Positions 25,799 to 35,076 of a DNA stretch of 63,442 nt are shown in pieces. The notes below the pieces were generated by a model. The model made no database searches. It was not told the DNA's origin and saw nothing but the letters and a program-made list of their open reading frames with translations. Source of the stretch: Coriobacteriaceae bacterium (lineage in GTDB: Bacteria; Bacillota; Clostridia; Oscillospirales; CAG-272); NCBI GenBank assembly GCA_963617165.1, contig CAVEOF010000006.1, positions 1-63,442 on the forward strand, written 5' to 3'. The position numbers and the translations under genes were made by a program. Within the stretch, counting starts at the first letter, position 1, and every line of letters begins with the position of its first letter.

Positions 25799-26985
25799 TC
25801 GATTACAGCCGTATGCTGTCCGACACCGTCGTCGCGCTGAAGCCCTCGGGCATCCGCCGCTTCTTCGACGTGGCAAACACGATGGAGGGCGTCATTTCCC
25901 TCGGTGTCGGAGAGCCCGATTTTCAAACGCCGTGGCAGATCCGTGCGGCGGGCATCCGTTCCCTCGAACACGGGAGCACGCGCTACACCTCGAACCGCGG
26001 GCTTCTCTCCCTGCGCGAAGAGATCGCGCGCTACACTAAAAGAAAATATGCAATCGACTATTCTCCCGACACCGAGATCCTCGTGACGGTGGGAGGGAGC
26101 GAGGCGATCGACGCCGCGATCCGCGCCCTCGTCAACCCGGGGGACGAGGTGATCATCCCCCAGCCGAGCTACGTCTGCTACGAGCCGATCACGCGGCTCG
26201 CAGGGGGTGTCCCCGTCATTTTGGCGACGCGGGCGGAGGACGATTTCAAGGTGACGCCCGCGTCGCTCCGCGAAAAGATCACGGAGCGGACGAAGGCGCT
26301 CATTCTTCCCTACCCCTCCAACCCGACGGGTGCGATCATGGAGCGGGCAGACCTCGAGGCGATCGCCGAAGTGCTCCGCGGGACGAACATCGCGGTGATC
26401 TCGGACGAGATCTATGCGGAGCTGACCTTCTCGGAAACGCCGCACGTATCCATCGCCTCCCTGCCCGACATGAAAGAGCGGACGGTGACGGTCAACGGCT
26501 TTTCCAAGGCGTTCTCCATGACGGGCTGGCGCCTCGGGTACGCCTGCGCGCCGAAGCCCCTGATCGAGCAGATGACGAAGATCCACCAATACGCCATCAT
26601 GTGCGCGCCCACGACCTCGCAAAGCGCCGCCGTCGAAGCGCTCCGCTCCTGCGACGCCGAGGTGGAGCGCATGAAGGAGGAGTACGACATCCGCAGGCGG
26701 ATCATCGTCAAGGGCTTCTGCGACCTCGGGCTTCCCTGCCGTATGCCGAAGGGCGCGTTCTACGCCTTCCCCGACATCCGTCCGACGGGACTTTCGAGTG
26801 AGGAATTCTGCGAGCGTCTGCTCCGCGAAAAGCGGGTCGCCATCGTCCCGGGAACCGCCTTCGGCGAGGGGGGCGAGGGCTTCGTCCGCGCGTCCTATTG
26901 CTATTCCGTCCCGCATATCAAGGAAGCGCTTTCGCGGATCGACGAGTTTCTCGAGACCCTAAAAAAAGAAGGATGCTTCGCGTAA
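25795..26985 (+). CDS. Class I/II pyridoxal-phosphate aminotransferase (AlaT/AspC-like)
   Basis: 396 aa with SNPTG and NGFSKAFSMTGWRLGY (PLP lysine). ATGA overlap with the Lrp gene. Confidence 0.9.
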   Translation: MIDYSRMLSDTVVALKPSGIRRFFDVANTMEGVISLGVGEPDFQTPWQIRAAGIRSLEHGSTRYTSNRGLLSLREEIARYTKRKYAIDYSPDTEILVTVGGSEAIDAAIRALVNPGDEVIIPQPSYVCYEPITRLAGGVPVILATRAEDDFKVTPASLREKITERTKALILPYPSNPTGAIMERADLEAIAEVLRGTNIAVISDEIYAELTFSETPHVSIASLPDMKERTVTVNGFSKAFSMTGWRLGYACAPKPLIEQMTKIHQYAIMCAPTTSQSAAVEALRSCDAEVERMKEEYDIRRRIIVKGFCDLGLPCRMPKGAFYAFPDIRPTGLSSEEFCERLLREKRVAIVPGTAFGEGGEGFVRASYCYSVPHIKEALSRIDEFLETLKKEGCFA

Positions 26986-27054
26986 CGAAAGTAAAATTCT
27001 ATTGAAAATGCAAAGTTTTCTTTTCATTTTTTTGCATTTTGCTTCTGCCAATAG

Positions 27055-27101
27055 AAAAGTCCGCCCCGCGGCGTTTTGAAGTGCCGCGGGGCGGTATTTT
27101 T
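27055..27101. terminator. Bidirectional intrinsic terminator between convergent genes
   Basis: CCGCCCCGCGGC-10 nt-GCCGCGGGGCGG followed by TATTTTT. Confidence 0.8.
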
Positions 27102-27115
27102 GCTTTTTCGGAAGA

Positions 27116-28264
27116 TCAATAAGCCTTCTTATAGAGGGTAAGGATATCCGCCTCGGTAATCTCACGCGGGTTGCCGCCCGTGCAGACGTCGGCGAAGGCG
27201 TCCTTTGCGAGCTGCTCGAGCGCGGAAGCGGGGATCCCGATCTCGCGAAGCGTCTGAGGAATGTGAAGATCGAGAGACAGACGCTTGACCGCGGTGACGG
27301 CGGCGCGAGCGGCGACCTCATCGGTCATGCCCGTGGTGTTGACGCCCATCGCGCGGGCGATGTCGCCGTACTTCTTCACGGCGGCGGGAAGGTTATATTC
27401 CATGACGATCGGAAGGAGCAGAGCGTTGGCAACGCCGTGCGGAATATCGAATCTCGCGCCGAGCGGGTGTGCCATCGAATGGACGCATCCGAGTCCGACG
27501 TTCGAGAACGCCATGCCCGCGACATACTGTGCAAGTGCCATGTTCTCTCTTGCGGTCATATCCTTGCCGTTTTCGGTCGCGGCACGGAGGTTCTCGGAGA
27601 TCCATTTGATCGCCCGGATCTCGAACATATCCGAGAGCGCCCACGCGCCCTTCGTGATATAGCCCTCGATCGCGTGCGTCAGCGCATCCATACCCGTCGC
27701 GGCGGTCAGCCCCTTCGGCATGGTTGCCATCAGCTCGGCATCGACGATGGCGAGGGTGGGAATATCGTTCGGGTCGACGCAGACCATCTTACGTCCCGTC
27801 TCTTCGTCGGTAATGACATAGTTGATGGTGACTTCCGCCGCGGTGCCCGCGGTGGTGGGAAGTGCGATGATCGGCATACACTTCTTCTTTGTATCCGCCA
27901 CGCCCTCAAGAGAGACGATGTCGGCGAATTCGGGGTTGTTCGCCACGATGGCGATGCCCTTCGAGGTATCGATGGCGGAGCCGCCGCCGATCGCGATCAA
28001 AAAATCCGCGCCCGAAGCAAGGAACGCACTGACACCCGCCTTCACGTTCTTGACCGTGGGGTTTGCCTTAAAATCCGAGAAGATCTCGTAGGGGATCCCG
28101 CCGAGCTCGGAGGTCACGAGGTCAACGGTGCCGAATTTCAGAAGGTCGTGGTCCGCAACGATAAACGCCTTATGAAAACCGCGACGTTTGATCTCTCCGG
28201 CGATCTCGCGTCTTGCGCCCGCGCCGAAGTAAGAGGTTTCGTTAAGAATAAATCTGTTTGCCAT
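27116..28264 (-). CDS. Iron-containing alcohol dehydrogenase (lactaldehyde/propanediol reductase-like)
   Basis: GGGSAIDTSK and a His-rich metal site (HxxxH). 382 aa from MANRFILNETSYFG. Confidence 0.9.
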   Translation of the reverse strand: MANRFILNETSYFGAGARREIAGEIKRRGFHKAFIVADHDLLKFGTVDLVTSELGGIPYEIFSDFKANPTVKNVKAGVSAFLASGADFLIAIGGGSAIDTSKGIAIVANNPEFADIVSLEGVADTKKKCMPIIALPTTAGTAAEVTINYVITDEETGRKMVCVDPNDIPTLAIVDAELMATMPKGLTAATGMDALTHAIEGYITKGAWALSDMFEIRAIKWISENLRAATENGKDMTARENMALAQYVAGMAFSNVGLGCVHSMAHPLGARFDIPHGVANALLLPIVMEYNLPAAVKKYGDIARAMGVNTTGMTDEVAARAAVTAVKRLSLDLHIPQTLREIGIPASALEQLAKDAFADVCTGGNPREITEADILTLYKKAY

Positions 28265-28427
28265 CACAATGTACTTCACTTTCCGCCATACGGCAATATT
28301 TCGGGAGGTTTCTTTTATCTCCTTACCGATTATGCCATATCCGAGGGAATTTATCTGCAAAATTGCCGAAAACTTTTTGTGAATTTTCTGTCAATCTGTC
28401 ACTTTTGACCGACCTATCCTCCCTCTC

Positions 28428-28456
28428 TTGACAGAGGCGGCGGGATGGTGTAAAAT
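28428..28456 (+). promoter_or_regulatory. Candidate ppa promoter
   Basis: TTGACA-17 nt-TAAAAT. Confidence 0.55.
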
Positions 28457-28488
28457 AAAAAGGAAAACGAGAAAAGGAAGGCTACGAC

Positions 28489-29028
28489 ATGAACATTTGG
28501 CGCGATATCGACGAAGCGAGGGTCCGTCCGACCGACTTCATCGCCGTGGTGGAGATCACCAAGGGAAGCAAGAAAAAATACGAGCTCGACAAGCCGACAG
28601 GGATGCTCATCCTCGACCGCGTGCTCTACACCGCGACGCACTATCCGATGAATTACGGCTTCATTCCCCGCACCTATGCGGACGACGGCGACCCGCTCGA
28701 CGTGCTGATCCTCTGCTCGGAATCCATCGACCCCTTAACGCTCGTGCGCTGTTATCCGATCGGGGTGATGCGCATGGAGGACGGCGGGATGCGGGACGAG
28801 AAGATCATCGCCATCCCCTTCGGCGACCCGACCTACACGCCCTATCGGGACATCTCCGAGCTGCCGCGGCATATTTTCGACGAGCTCTGCCACTTCTTCT
28901 CGGTCTACAAGCAACTTGAGGGCAAGACGACGGTCGTCGACGATGTGGGCGACCGCGCGGAGGCGGTCGATATCATCCGCCACTGCATCGAGGGGTATCA
29001 CAAAAAATTCGAAAGCTGCGCAATATGA
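28489..29028 (+). CDS. ppa: Inorganic pyrophosphatase (family I)
   Basis: KYELDK...YPMNYGFIPRT...DGDPLDVL are canonical family I PPase motifs. Confidence 0.95.
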   Translation: MNIWRDIDEARVRPTDFIAVVEITKGSKKKYELDKPTGMLILDRVLYTATHYPMNYGFIPRTYADDGDPLDVLILCSESIDPLTLVRCYPIGVMRMEDGGMRDEKIIAIPFGDPTYTPYRDISELPRHIFDELCHFFSVYKQLEGKTTVVDDVGDRAEAVDIIRHCIEGYHKKFESCAI

Positions 29029-30062
29029 AGCATATGTTCCGCACCGAAGCATACACGGTAACGCTCGTTCGCCCCTCATGGTTTCACCCCTTTATCAACC
29101 GGCACGGTCTGAAGCTGATCGGAATGGCGCTCTTTGCGGTGTCACAGCTTCTGACGCTTGCAAAAATCGGTGGTTTCTTCTTTGAGGATTTTCTCAAATT
29201 CGACGGGGCGCTCGCCGGATTTCTGAAAGGGATCTCCGCCATCTCTTTGCCCTTGATGATGGTGTCGGTATTCTCCTGCATCATCACCGACGAGCGGCGC
29301 ATCCGACGGCGCCTGCGCCTTTATTTCTTTTGCGCGTTTGCTTTTTATATTCTCGAGATCGTTGCCGCTCATGCATACATCTATCGGGCCGCACTCAGAG
29401 TTTTTTCGGATGCCGAAGATCTCGCACCGTTTACGGAAGAGCTGGTGAGGGTTTTGCTCGCACCCTTTGCAGGAATCAACGTCTTTCTCGACTTCTTTAT
29501 CTGCGCTTCGTTTTATTACTTTCTGATCGATACGCCGAAGGGGCTGTCCAGTCTAAGACGAAAGCTCTTTCGCCTCGGCGCCCTGCTCCCCGTCCTTTAC
29601 ATTCTTTTCGGCTTTGTTTTGCACGGGTTGTTCTCTCTCGGAACTCTCGATCTCGATTTTTACGCCGTGGCGCTCCTGCCGTCAAAAAGTCCCTCGGTCT
29701 ACCTTCTGTTTTTCGCCATGGTATTATACCGCCGTCACCGCTCTCCCGACAAGTCCGGAGAAATGTTTCGCGCCGATTCCTTCTCCGTCTTTCTCGCTCT
29801 GATTCTGACTCTGATCTCGGTGGCGGATTATCTGCTCTCTTTCCTGCCCTCCGCCGAAGTCTTCGGTATCGGAAAGGCTTCGACATTTTTTCTTGCCGTT
29901 CCGCTGATCCTGTGTTACGATTGCGAGATGCCGCCGAGAAACCGCCTCGCACCCTTCATCTACGATCCTGTTTTTTACTTTATCCTGTACGCAGTGCTTT
30001 TTTATTACTATTCCGAGATGTGCGATATCGTACTCGCCACGATGGCATCTCTGTTCGAATAA
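29025..30062 (+). CDS. Polytopic membrane protein, hypothetical
   Basis: 345 aa with about 8 hydrophobic segments. ATGA overlap with the ppa stop. No family recognised. Confidence 0.65.
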   Translation: MKHMFRTEAYTVTLVRPSWFHPFINRHGLKLIGMALFAVSQLLTLAKIGGFFFEDFLKFDGALAGFLKGISAISLPLMMVSVFSCIITDERRIRRRLRLYFFCAFAFYILEIVAAHAYIYRAALRVFSDAEDLAPFTEELVRVLLAPFAGINVFLDFFICASFYYFLIDTPKGLSSLRRKLFRLGALLPVLYILFGFVLHGLFSLGTLDLDFYAVALLPSKSPSVYLLFFAMVLYRRHRSPDKSGEMFRADSFSVFLALILTLISVADYLLSFLPSAEVFGIGKASTFFLAVPLILCYDCEMPPRNRLAPFIYDPVFYFILYAVLFYYYSEMCDIVLATMASLFE

Positions 30063-30066
30063 AGCC

Positions 30067-30105
30067 AAACCGCCCGTTGCTTTTTGTCGGCAACGGGCGG
30101 TTTTA
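30067..30105. terminator. Bidirectional intrinsic terminator
   Basis: AAACCGCCCGTTGC-loop-GCAACGGGCGGTTTT. Confidence 0.8.
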
Positions 30106-30110
30106 TACGG

Positions 30111-31472
30111 TCAGATGCTTTTCAGTTTTCCTTTTTTATACTTGACGAGGACGAAGGCGAGCATACAGAGATTGACGAACAGGTTGATGCTCCACGACCA
30201 CGGATAGCAGAGATAGAGATTGTCGAGCGTCTGCTCGGACGGGTAGACGAAGGTCATCCAGAAGACGCGGAACAAAATGACGGTGACGAAGGAATTGAGG
30301 GCGGGGAGGGCGGAATAGCCGAATGCCTTCAACGCATTCAGCACCACGGCGTTGAGCCCCGCGACAAAGTAGATCGTGAGAAGGTAACGCATCCGCACCA
30401 TGCCCGCCGCGATGGCGTCCTCTTCCCCCGGGATATAGAGGGAGAGAAGCTCCCTGCCGCAGAGGAAGCGGATCCCGAGTCCGAGCACGGCGCCGATGCC
30501 GACGCCGAGGACACAGCAATACCAAAGCGACTTATGTACGCGCTCTCTGTTTTCCTGTCCGAGGTTCTGTCCGATGAAGGTCAGGGCGCAGACGCCGAAG
30601 GCGTTGGTAAAAGCGCTGACGAAGCCCTCGAGGCTCGAGGCGGCGACGTTGCCCGACATGGCGGCGGTCCCGAGCTGATTGATCGCCGACTGGATCATCA
30701 GGTTGGTGAGCGGGTACATTGCCGTGGTGAGGGCGCAGGGTCCGCCGTGGACGAGGATCTTCCAGAGGAGGTGACGGTCAAAGGAGAGTTTTCGGTAATC
30801 GACCCGACAGACGCCCGAAATGCGCGAGAGGCGGACGAGAACGCACACGGCACCGATGACCTGAGAGACAAGGGTGGCGATGGCGACCGCCGCGACCTTC
30901 TCAGTGAGGATCAAGCAGAGGAGGATATTCAAAACGACGTTGGTAAGACCCGAGATCACGAGATAGATCAGGGGACGCTGGGTATCACCGACGGAATTGA
31001 GGATCGCCGAGCCGAAGTTATAGAGCATGATCGCGGGAATGGCGGCGAAATAGATGATTAAGTAGATGCGCGCGGAATTCAGGCACTCCTCGGGGCAGGA
31101 GGTCAGGCGGAGAAAGGGCTCGGCGAGCGGGATCGCAACCGCGGTCAAAAGCAGTCCGAGTCCGAAGGCGAACCACAGAGAGGTGCCGACCGTCTGTTTT
31201 ACCTTTTCGTCGTCCTTCGCGCCGAAGTAGCGGGAGAGCAGAATGCGGGTGCCCGCCGACAGACCGACGAAGGTCATGACGCACAGGCTGACGATCACGG
31301 AGGTCGCGCCGACCGAGGCGACGGCAACCTTATCCGCCATGTTGCCGAGGACGATGATGTCGACGGAATTGAAGAGCGTCTGAAGCAGGGTGGCAAGCAT
31401 GAGGGGAAGGCTATACAGAAGAATGGACGGGAGCAGAGGCCCGCTCGTCACATCGATCTCTTTAAGCTTCAT
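30111..31472 (-). CDS. MATE-family efflux transporter
   Basis: 453 aa with 12 TM segments. The N-terminus GPLLPSILLYSLPLMLATLLQTLFNSVD is typical of MATE. Confidence 0.9.
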   Translation of the reverse strand: MKLKEIDVTSGPLLPSILLYSLPLMLATLLQTLFNSVDIIVLGNMADKVAVASVGATSVIVSLCVMTFVGLSAGTRILLSRYFGAKDDEKVKQTVGTSLWFAFGLGLLLTAVAIPLAEPFLRLTSCPEECLNSARIYLIIYFAAIPAIMLYNFGSAILNSVGDTQRPLIYLVISGLTNVVLNILLCLILTEKVAAVAIATLVSQVIGAVCVLVRLSRISGVCRVDYRKLSFDRHLLWKILVHGGPCALTTAMYPLTNLMIQSAINQLGTAAMSGNVAASSLEGFVSAFTNAFGVCALTFIGQNLGQENRERVHKSLWYCCVLGVGIGAVLGLGIRFLCGRELLSLYIPGEEDAIAAGMVRMRYLLTIYFVAGLNAVVLNALKAFGYSALPALNSFVTVILFRVFWMTFVYPSEQTLDNLYLCYPWSWSINLFVNLCMLAFVLVKYKKGKLKSI

Positions 31473-31510
31473 GATTTTTCCTTATCTCCTTTCGGTGCGC
31501 GAGTATTTAT

Positions 31511-31539
31511 AGTATAGCGCGCGGCGCGGGAAAAGTCAA
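31511..31539 (-). promoter_or_regulatory. Candidate MATE promoter
   Basis: Minus strand reads TTGACT-17 nt-TATACT. Confidence 0.5.
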
Positions 31540-31602
31540 TGCAAAAATCCGATTTTGTCGTTTTTTTCCTCCGTTTTCCTCCGAGTCCCGAAAACGCGCG
31601 AC

Positions 31603-31631
31603 TTGACATTTTTCGCGTTTTGTCCTATAAT
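31603..31631 (+). promoter_or_regulatory. Sigma-70 promoter of the 31721 membrane-protein gene
   Basis: TTGACA-17 nt-TATAAT. Confidence 0.65.
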
Positions 31632-31720
31632 AAGAGTGCGGACAGGCTCGGGCGCCCCGCGTCCCTTTCTCTCCGCATTCAAAAAACGGACGCACGTCCG
31701 AGTACACACGGGAGGATCAT

Positions 31721-32335
31721 ATGAAAACCAACGGATTTTTTCAAAAGGTCAAGACCTTCTCCTACGGATACCTACTCTTCTTTCTCTTCGATATTGCCGT
31801 CGCCGCCGCCTTCTTCTCTTTCTCCGCCGACTCACTCGACTATCTCGCGATCGCCATCGGCGTGACCGTCATTCTCTTCTCCGCGGTGTTCGCCGTGCTG
31901 ACGCTCTCGCGGGAGAAACGGGGGGCAACCTTCTTCTTCCGCATCCTCTTTGCCGTCGTCGCTCTGCTCGCGGGTGTCGCCGCCCTGATCGGCAGGGAGA
32001 GCGCCGTCGCCTCCATCGTCGCCGCCTTCGGTCTGATCCTGATCGTCGACGCCTCCTTTAAGTTAAACTCCACCGTGCTGGCAAAGCGCTTTCGCTCCTC
32101 TCTTTGGTGGGTCTTGCTCGTGATCGCGCTGCTTCTGATCGCGGGAGGATTCTCCCTGATCCGCTTCCGCATCGAGGATCGCACGTGGCTTGCCTACCTG
32201 CTCGGCGCGCTTCTCGTGCTTGACGGAATTGCCAATCTGCTGACGCCCTTCTATCTCTCGATGTGGAAGACCGTATCGGCAAAGGAAGAGCAAGCGCTTC
32301 CCGAAAAGTCCGAAGAAACGAATGAAAAACGCTAA
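31721..32335 (+). CDS. Membrane protein (DUF308/HdeD-like)
   Basis: 204 aa with about 6 TM segments and an acidic tail. The family call is tentative. Confidence 0.6.
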   Translation: MKTNGFFQKVKTFSYGYLLFFLFDIAVAAAFFSFSADSLDYLAIAIGVTVILFSAVFAVLTLSREKRGATFFFRILFAVVALLAGVAALIGRESAVASIVAAFGLILIVDASFKLNSTVLAKRFRSSLWWVLLVIALLLIAGGFSLIRFRIEDRTWLAYLLGALLVLDGIANLLTPFYLSMWKTVSAKEEQALPEKSEETNEKR

Positions 32336-32356
32336 ATTTGAAAACAGTTATTTGCA

Positions 32357-32403
32357 AAATCACGGCAGAACTTCGCTTTTCGAAGTCCTGCCGTGATTTT
32401 TTG
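32357..32403. terminator. Bidirectional intrinsic terminator
   Basis: AAAATCACGGCAG...CTGCCGTGATTTT, a long interrupted stem. Confidence 0.8.
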
Positions 32404-32425
32404 CTTTGATCTTCGGAAGGGGTTT

Positions 32426-34327
32426 TCAGAATTCTACCTCGAATGCCGCCATGGCGTACGGGAGAATATCCGAGAGGGTGACCGTATCGCCCGAGAGGGT
32501 GGCGGTACAGCCGACGGTCGCCGTGATCCGCTTCGGCGCGGGAGAGAGAACGACCTTCGGCTCCTTTACCGCGTCGGCAAAGAAATTCCAGAGTCCGACG
32601 GCGCGGCGTCCCTCTCCGTCCTTGCAAAGGAGGTAGAGGTCGGGATTCCCGAAACAGACGGCGGGCAGAGGATGCCCGAGGCGCGCGGCGAATGCCGCGA
32701 CCTGCTTTTGTCTTTCGTAGCTCTCGTAAATACCGATGACCGACTCTTCCCTGCGGTCGCCGACGCGCTTCACCGTGAAGGGAAGGACGAGGAAGGACGT
32801 GCCCTCGGCGTTCGTATAGGAGAAGGTCCCGCTCACGCGTGTGCCGTCGGTATCGACGAATTCGCTCTCGATCACGGCGCCCGCCTTCGGCGTCGTGCGC
32901 CACTTTGTCCCGCCGAACAGGAAGACGTTCTCCCCGCTCGCCGTGAAGTGCTCGGTCGGCAGAAGAAGGGGCTCGCCGACCGAGAGAAGTCCCGTGTCGA
33001 TGCCACGCGACTCGAGGATCCTTGCCGCCCCGAGATCGAGGATCGCGCCGTTTTTCAAACGTGCGGGGTCGATCTGTCTTGCGTCCTCACCGAAGACCAC
33101 GTAGGGGCACTCTCCCCCGTCCGCCTCAAAGGTGAGGGGGAAGGAACAGGAGCCGACGAAGCAGGCGCCGTCGTTCAACCCGTAGCCCGGGGTCTCGAAG
33201 GTCTCGGGCAGTTCGGCGTCGCGGAGGGTGTGCATGACCGCGGGATGGCGGATGCCGACCGCGGTCTTTCCTCCGAAGAGCTTCTCGATCGCTGCGTGAG
33301 TCTCGCGGTTCTCCGCCGCGGCGCGGCAATAGCCCTGCTCGTACGTCGGGCTTGCGTAATAATCGACGGTATATTTATGGATGCCGCCGAGGTTGCCGTC
33401 GGCATGAAGCAACGTATCGAAGCCCTCGAGGAAGGAGGCGGGGACGGCATAGCGCGGGCGGGGATAGCTGTCCCCCTCCGAGAGAACGGTCATGCCGCGC
33501 CCCTTCACGTGGTGCGCCTGCATCCGCTCGAAGTCGATGACGTCGTGCATTTTTCTGTCGGGAGGATTCATGGCGATCCAATAGGGCGCGCCGATGAGAC
33601 GGAGGAAGGGGCGGTTCCCTTCTCCCGCGAAGATCTCGGCGAGCTCCGCGCTCTCCACGCCGTCGAGATCCCATGTGGAAAGGCAGCCGCAAAAGCCGAT
33701 CGTGATCCCCCGATCGACGAGATCGACGGCGGCGCGGATCTCCCGCGCGAAATCGCGGAGGGTATCTCCCGAGAGCTTCAGCCATGCGTCGCGATAGCGG
33801 CTCGGCTTGCCAGTATAGACGAGATCGCGGATCTCCTTCGCCTCCGGCACGTCCTCTCTGCCGACCGCCTTCGCAAAGGCGCGGCGGTGCCGCTCACAAA
33901 AGCAGGTCATGCCGTAGGTCCCGCGGCTCAGGCGGAAGTCGTCGTCGATCAAAAGGAGCTTCGCCCCGCAGGACGCGATCTCGGCGATCCAACGGCAAAT
34001 GTCGCGGGAAAAATCCTTATCGAGGGGGCAATACGCCGCGTGCAGAGGGGTGCCGTCCTGAAGGACGAGGGGAGTATACGGTCCCGGGGTGCCCCAATCG
34101 TGCCCCATGCTCTCTCCGACCCAGACGCCGACGGTGAAGCCTTCCTTTTCATAATAGGGGATCAGCTCCCGCAGAAGTGCGAGATCCTCCTTCGGCGAGA
34201 AGCGGTATTCCATCTTTCTTGTCAGGGTCAGAAACACGGTGTCCGCGCCGCATTGCCGCAGCGCCGCGAGCGTGCCTTCCTTATCAAAGCCCTGACGGGC
34301 CATTACGGGGACGGAGGTACGGTACAT
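32426..34327 (-). CDS. Hypothetical protein (633 aa), possible TIM-barrel/glycoside-hydrolase-like fold
   Basis: Long ORF with host-like composition. AGGAG lies 8 nt before the ATG at 34327. No signal peptide and no family confidently recognised. Confidence 0.6.
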   Translation of the reverse strand: MYRTSVPVMARQGFDKEGTLAALRQCGADTVFLTLTRKMEYRFSPKEDLALLRELIPYYEKEGFTVGVWVGESMGHDWGTPGPYTPLVLQDGTPLHAAYCPLDKDFSRDICRWIAEIASCGAKLLLIDDDFRLSRGTYGMTCFCERHRRAFAKAVGREDVPEAKEIRDLVYTGKPSRYRDAWLKLSGDTLRDFAREIRAAVDLVDRGITIGFCGCLSTWDLDGVESAELAEIFAGEGNRPFLRLIGAPYWIAMNPPDRKMHDVIDFERMQAHHVKGRGMTVLSEGDSYPRPRYAVPASFLEGFDTLLHADGNLGGIHKYTVDYYASPTYEQGYCRAAAENRETHAAIEKLFGGKTAVGIRHPAVMHTLRDAELPETFETPGYGLNDGACFVGSCSFPLTFEADGGECPYVVFGEDARQIDPARLKNGAILDLGAARILESRGIDTGLLSVGEPLLLPTEHFTASGENVFLFGGTKWRTTPKAGAVIESEFVDTDGTRVSGTFSYTNAEGTSFLVLPFTVKRVGDRREESVIGIYESYERQKQVAAFAARLGHPLPAVCFGNPDLYLLCKDGEGRRAVGLWNFFADAVKEPKVVLSPAPKRITATVGCTATLSGDTVTLSDILPYAMAAFEVEF

Positions 34328-34483
34328 GTCATTTTCTCCTCTGCTTTCGCGCATATCGCGCGAGGTGATGCTTCATTCTATCACGAAACGCGAAAGAAGA
34401 GAATGAAATATTCTGTTCCGATGGAGAATTGACGCCGACGGCGGAATGCTTTCCGCTCTTCGCTCCGCACACTTTCCGAAAAC

Positions 34484-34534
34484 GAAAAAAATACGGCGCT
34501 CCCCGCACGACCGTGCGTCGGAGAGCGCCGTATT
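34484..34534 (-). terminator. Intrinsic terminator of the CotF-like gene
   Basis: ATACGGCGCTC...GAGCGCCGTAT stem, followed on the minus strand by a U-run (the plus-strand A-run at 34484-34491). Confidence 0.7.
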
Positions 34535-34548
34535 GCGGGACGGGAAGA

Positions 34549-35007
34549 TCAGGCGTTGTACATCCCGTTCTTCGCGAGGTATTCGTAGAGCTGCTGCCCG
34601 TGGTTCTGCTCTTCCTTCTGGATATGCCCGAGGGTATCGCGGAGCGTGGGGTTCGAAAACTCGAAGATGCTCACGTCGTAGAGAGAGGAGACGTGCTTTT
34701 CCATCGCGAGAGCGTCGCGGCAAAGGTAGGCGTCCTTCTGCTTATCCTCCACACCGCAGGAGGAGGGTGCGCCCTCGTAGGTCTGGCTGACCGCGCTCGG
34801 CGCCGCGGGAGAGCTCACCTCTTCGCCCGCGAGGATCTTCTCGACGGTTTGCAGATGGCTCTGCTCGGTGGAGCGGATGGCAGAAAAGAGATTTTTCAAT
34901 GCGCCGTCACAGGCGTCCGCGCCGTATTTTCCGTACTTTTCGATGCAGAGCTCCTCCTGCGATTTGAGGTCCTTCAGAAGTTCGGTTTCTTTTTGCGTCA
35001 GGTTCAT
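34549..35007 (-). CDS. Coat F domain protein (spore coat protein F-like)
   Basis: 152 aa with two helical half-repeats (LKDLKSQEELCIEKY..., LCRDALAMEKHVSSLYD...) typical of CotF-like proteins. Confidence 0.7.
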   Translation of the reverse strand: MNLTQKETELLKDLKSQEELCIEKYGKYGADACDGALKNLFSAIRSTEQSHLQTVEKILAGEEVSSPAAPSAVSQTYEGAPSSCGVEDKQKDAYLCRDALAMEKHVSSLYDVSIFEFSNPTLRDTLGHIQKEEQNHGQQLYEYLAKNGMYNA

Positions 35008-35076
35008 GTTTTTTCCTCCGTGATTTCGATTTCACGGTCAGTATGGACGACGCGGCGCGGTTTTATTCAGCCCGCC

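Noticed and set aside
25732-26916. 394-aa minus-strand ORF antisense to the aminotransferase
   Set aside because: Shadow frame of a gene with unambiguous PLP-aminotransferase motifs. The same reasoning applies to 36209..37684, 9919..11655, 32393..34432, 6877..8085, 38557..39711, 30084..31061 and 49713..50732.
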